From an uncultured Clostridia bacterium (lineage in GTDB: Bacteria; Bacillota; Clostridia; TANB77; CAG-508): a stretch of DNA of 64,000 bases. Position 1 is the stretch's first letter. Each line of letters opens with the position of its first letter. The notes beneath the pieces were generated by a model. That model had not been told where the DNA came from, did no database searches, and worked only from the letters and a program-made list of their open reading frames with translations. Shown here piece after piece: positions 61,577 through 64,000 of the stretch. Where the stretch lies: positions 67,163-131,162 of the forward strand of contig CAKPCK010000001.1 of the NCBI GenBank assembly GCA_934141555.1, written 5' to 3'. Both the position numbers and the translations under genes were made by a program.

Positions 61577-62518
61577 ATGAAAATAGGAGTAGTAATAGTA
61601 ACATATAATAGGTTAGAAAAACTAAAAATTGCATTAAAATCATATGAGAAACAATCAATAAAACCACAATACATATTAGTTGTAAATAATAATAGTACAG
61701 ATGGAACTATAGAATATTTAAGAGAATGGAAAAATGAAAGTAACGGAATCGAAAAAATAATATTAAACCTTGATAAAAACACAGGAGGAAGTGGTGGTTT
61801 TTATGAGGGTTTAAAAGCAAGTTTAGACTTGGATGCTGGCTGGATATGGGTAGCAGATGATGATGCATATCCAAAAGAAAATGCATTTGAAATTGCTAAA
61901 AAATACATAGAAAAATATCCAGATAGTGAAAATAAAATATCTGCAATTTCTGGTACAGTACTAAAAAGTGATGGAAAGTTAATTGATTGCTCACATAGAA
62001 GAAGAATATATACTACACTATTTAATAGAATTGCACAACCATATTCTAAAATATCAGATTATGAAAAAGAAGAATTTGAGATAAATGGATTTTCATATGT
62101 AGGAACAATGATAAATAAAAGTAAATTAAAACAAACAGAGTTGACAAAAAAAGATTATTTTATATATTATGATGATACAGAACATAGTTATAGATTATCA
62201 AAATTAGGAAAGATAATAGTAATTCCAAAAATGCAAGTTATACATGATGCACCACATTCAGAAATGAGTGAAATTGTAAAATGGAAATTATATTATCTAG
62301 TAAGAAACACATTAGATTTTATAAAAAGCAATTTTGACGAAAAATATTTTAAAGAACAGTGTTTGGAAGTACCATTAAAATTCAAAATAGCAGTATTTTT
62401 ATTTGGAAAAGATAAAAAATATGGATATCAAATGATAAATGAAGCTGTGAAAGATGCAAAATCAGGAAAATCAGGATTACACGAAATATATAAACCAGGA
62501 TGGAAACCTCAAAAGTAA
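61577..62518 (+). CDS. Family-2 glycosyltransferase (rhamnosyl/galactofuranosyl-transferase-like subgroup)
   Basis: VVIVTYNRLEKLK, VVNNNSTDGT, GGSGGFYEG, and VADDDAYP. Confidence 0.85.
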   Translation: MKIGVVIVTYNRLEKLKIALKSYEKQSIKPQYILVVNNNSTDGTIEYLREWKNESNGIEKIILNLDKNTGGSGGFYEGLKASLDLDAGWIWVADDDAYPKENAFEIAKKYIEKYPDSENKISAISGTVLKSDGKLIDCSHRRRIYTTLFNRIAQPYSKISDYEKEEFEINGFSYVGTMINKSKLKQTELTKKDYFIYYDDTEHSYRLSKLGKIIVIPKMQVIHDAPHSEMSEIVKWKLYYLVRNTLDFIKSNFDEKYFKEQCLEVPLKFKIAVFLFGKDKKYGYQMINEAVKDAKSGKSGLHEIYKPGWKPQK

Positions 62519-62538
62519 ATAAGTATTGGAGAGAAAAG

Positions 62539-64000
62539 ATGAAAAAAAGTATAGCGAAAAATTATATATATAATTTAATATATCAAATGTTAACAATATT
62601 GTTACCACTGATAACAACTCCATATTTATCAAGAGTTTTAGGAGCAGAAGCCATAGGAATATATGGATATACTATTTCAATAGTTACATATTTTATATTA
62701 TTTGGAACTTTAGGTGTTTCAATGTATGGGCAAAGAGAAATTGCATATAAAGCAGAAGATAAGAAATTAAGAAGTAAAACATTTTGGGAAATAATTATAA
62801 TAAGAACAATAAGTTTAAGTATTTCAATTATACTTTTTTATCTAATATATGGAAGAACAGGAGAATATGCCATATATTATAGGATATTAGTAATACAATT
62901 ATTTGCAAACTTGTTTGATATAAGTTGGTTATTTCAAGGAATAGAAGAATTTGATAAAACAGTAGTAAGAAACTTAATTGTAAAAATATTAAGTTTAGTA
63001 TTAATATTTGTATTAATAAAAACACCAAATGATTTATGGAAATATTTTTTAATATATGTATCTGCTGAATTAATAGGAAATGTAACACTATGGTTATATT
63101 TGCCACAATATTTAGAAAAAATAAATATAAGAACACTTGAACTAAAAAAACATATAAAACCAACAATAGCATTATTTGTACCACAAATAGCAATTCAAAT
63201 ATATACAGTATTAGATAAAACAATGATAGGAAAATTAACAAATGACATGGTAGAAGTAGGATATTATGAACAAGCACAGAAAATTGTTAAAGCATCATTA
63301 ACAGTCATAAGTGCTTTGCAAATAGTAATGAATTCCAGAATAGCAAATGCATATCAAAATAAAGATGACAAAGAAATAAAATCGTGCTTAGAAAAATCAT
63401 TTAATTTTGTGTGGTTTTTATCAATACCAATGATGTTTGGATTAATTGCAGTTGCTCCAAAATTTGTACCATGGTATTATGGAGAAGGGTTTGATGGAGT
63501 GGTGCAAATATTAATAGCAACAGCACCAATATTAATAGTAACAGGACTTAATGGAATTACAGGAGTACAATATTTAGTACAAATAGGAAAACAAAAGATT
63601 TTTACAATATCAGTAGCTGTTGGAGCAATTTCAAATGTTATATTAAATATTATACTTATACATTTTTTCAAAGCAGCAGGAGCAGCATTTGCATCAGTTA
63701 TTGCAGAAGCAATAATATTTGGAATACAATTAATGTATTTTAAAGATCAATTTAAACTATTTGAAATATTAAAACTTGGAGTAAAAACATTTATAAGTGG
63801 ATTAATAATGTTTGCAGTTGTAACAATAATAGTTAAAGTATTACCAATAAGTATAGTAAATACAATAATAGAGATTATCATTGGGGCAATTGTTTATATA
63901 GTTATGTTATTAATTATGAAATATACATTTTTTAAAGATTTAATAAATCAAGTAATTGGTGGAATAAAATCTAAAGGTGTAAGAAAGGAACAAACAAAAT
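62539..64000 (+). CDS. Wzx-type (MOP superfamily) polysaccharide flippase, 3' end truncated by the window edge
   Basis: Frame-1 ORF open from the ATG at 62539 to nt 64000 (checked by eye, no stop). MKKSIAKNYIYNLIYQMLTILLPLITTPYLSRVLGAEAIGIYGYT... and 12 or more hydrophobic segments. Absent from the ORF track because it has no stop. Confidence 0.75.
   Translation, partial: MKKSIAKNYIYNLIYQMLTILLPLITTPYLSRVLGAEAIGIYGYTISIVTYFILFGTLGVSMYGQREIAYKAEDKKLRSKTFWEIIIIRTISLSISIILFYLIYGRTGEYAIYYRILVIQLFANLFDISWLFQGIEEFDKTVVRNLIVKILSLVLIFVLIKTPNDLWKYFLIYVSAELIGNVTLWLYLPQYLEKINIRTLELKKHIKPTIALFVPQIAIQIYTVLDKTMIGKLTNDMVEVGYYEQAQKIVKASLTVISALQIVMNSRIANAYQNKDDKEIKSCLEKSFNFVWFLSIPMMFGLIAVAPKFVPWYYGEGFDGVVQILIATAPILIVTGLNGITGVQYLVQIGKQKIFTISVAVGAISNVILNIILIHFFKAAGAAFASVIAEAIIFGIQLMYFKDQFKLFEILKLGVKTFISGLIMFAVVTIIVKVLPISIVNTIIEIIIGAIVYIVMLLIMKYTFFKDLINQVIGGIKSKGVRKEQTK

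Overview
AT-rich (sampled host lines run about 15-30 % G+C) Firmicutes/Clostridia-like chromosomal segment, with almost all genes on the + strand. Nt 1-42,400 is core housekeeping: rpoB (3' end)-rpoC, a fused MacB/FtsX-type ABC transporter, splB, pyrG, dCMP deaminase, a NUDIX hydrolase, groES-groEL with a CIRCE operator, pflB, recX, scpA, ytfI/ytfJ-like sporulation genes, murC, spoVG, radA-disA, a membrane-anchored cyclophilin, scpB-proS, asp23-amaP-DUF2273, nusB-xseA, a YlbF-like gene, an ArnE/ArnF-like small transporter pair, cwlD, minD-minE-rodA, dusB, a 765-aa unknown protein, and era-yqzL-recO. Nt 42,900-64,000 is an accessory cell-envelope glycopolymer locus. It holds eight glycosyltransferase genes (several multidomain), a TagG/TagH (Wzm/Wzt)-type ABC exporter, a degenerate methyltransferase/coiled-coil protein, an O-acyltransferase, a Wzx-type flippase, and a secreted 6x ChW-repeat M14-peptidase-like protein. 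I found no rRNA, tRNA, CRISPR array, transposase/integrase, prophage or recognisable known defence system. I cannot point to a clear multi-gene novel system. The most anomalous signals are: (i) a 50 %-GC single-gene cassette (103-aa orphan) with its own promoter, RBS and GC-rich terminator, exactly at the core/accessory junction; (ii) two further self-contained orphan cassettes (45 aa and 144 aa) between conserved operons; (iii) a 765-aa coiled-coil protein of unknown function translationally coupled to era; (iv) an ABC-dependent glycan pathway whose parts resemble the Gram-negative WbdD/Wzt cap-and-ruler logic; (v) A10/A8 tracts at a domain junction of a giant glycosyltransferase. All functional calls rest on motif recognition by eye and on gene context. 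No database search was run.
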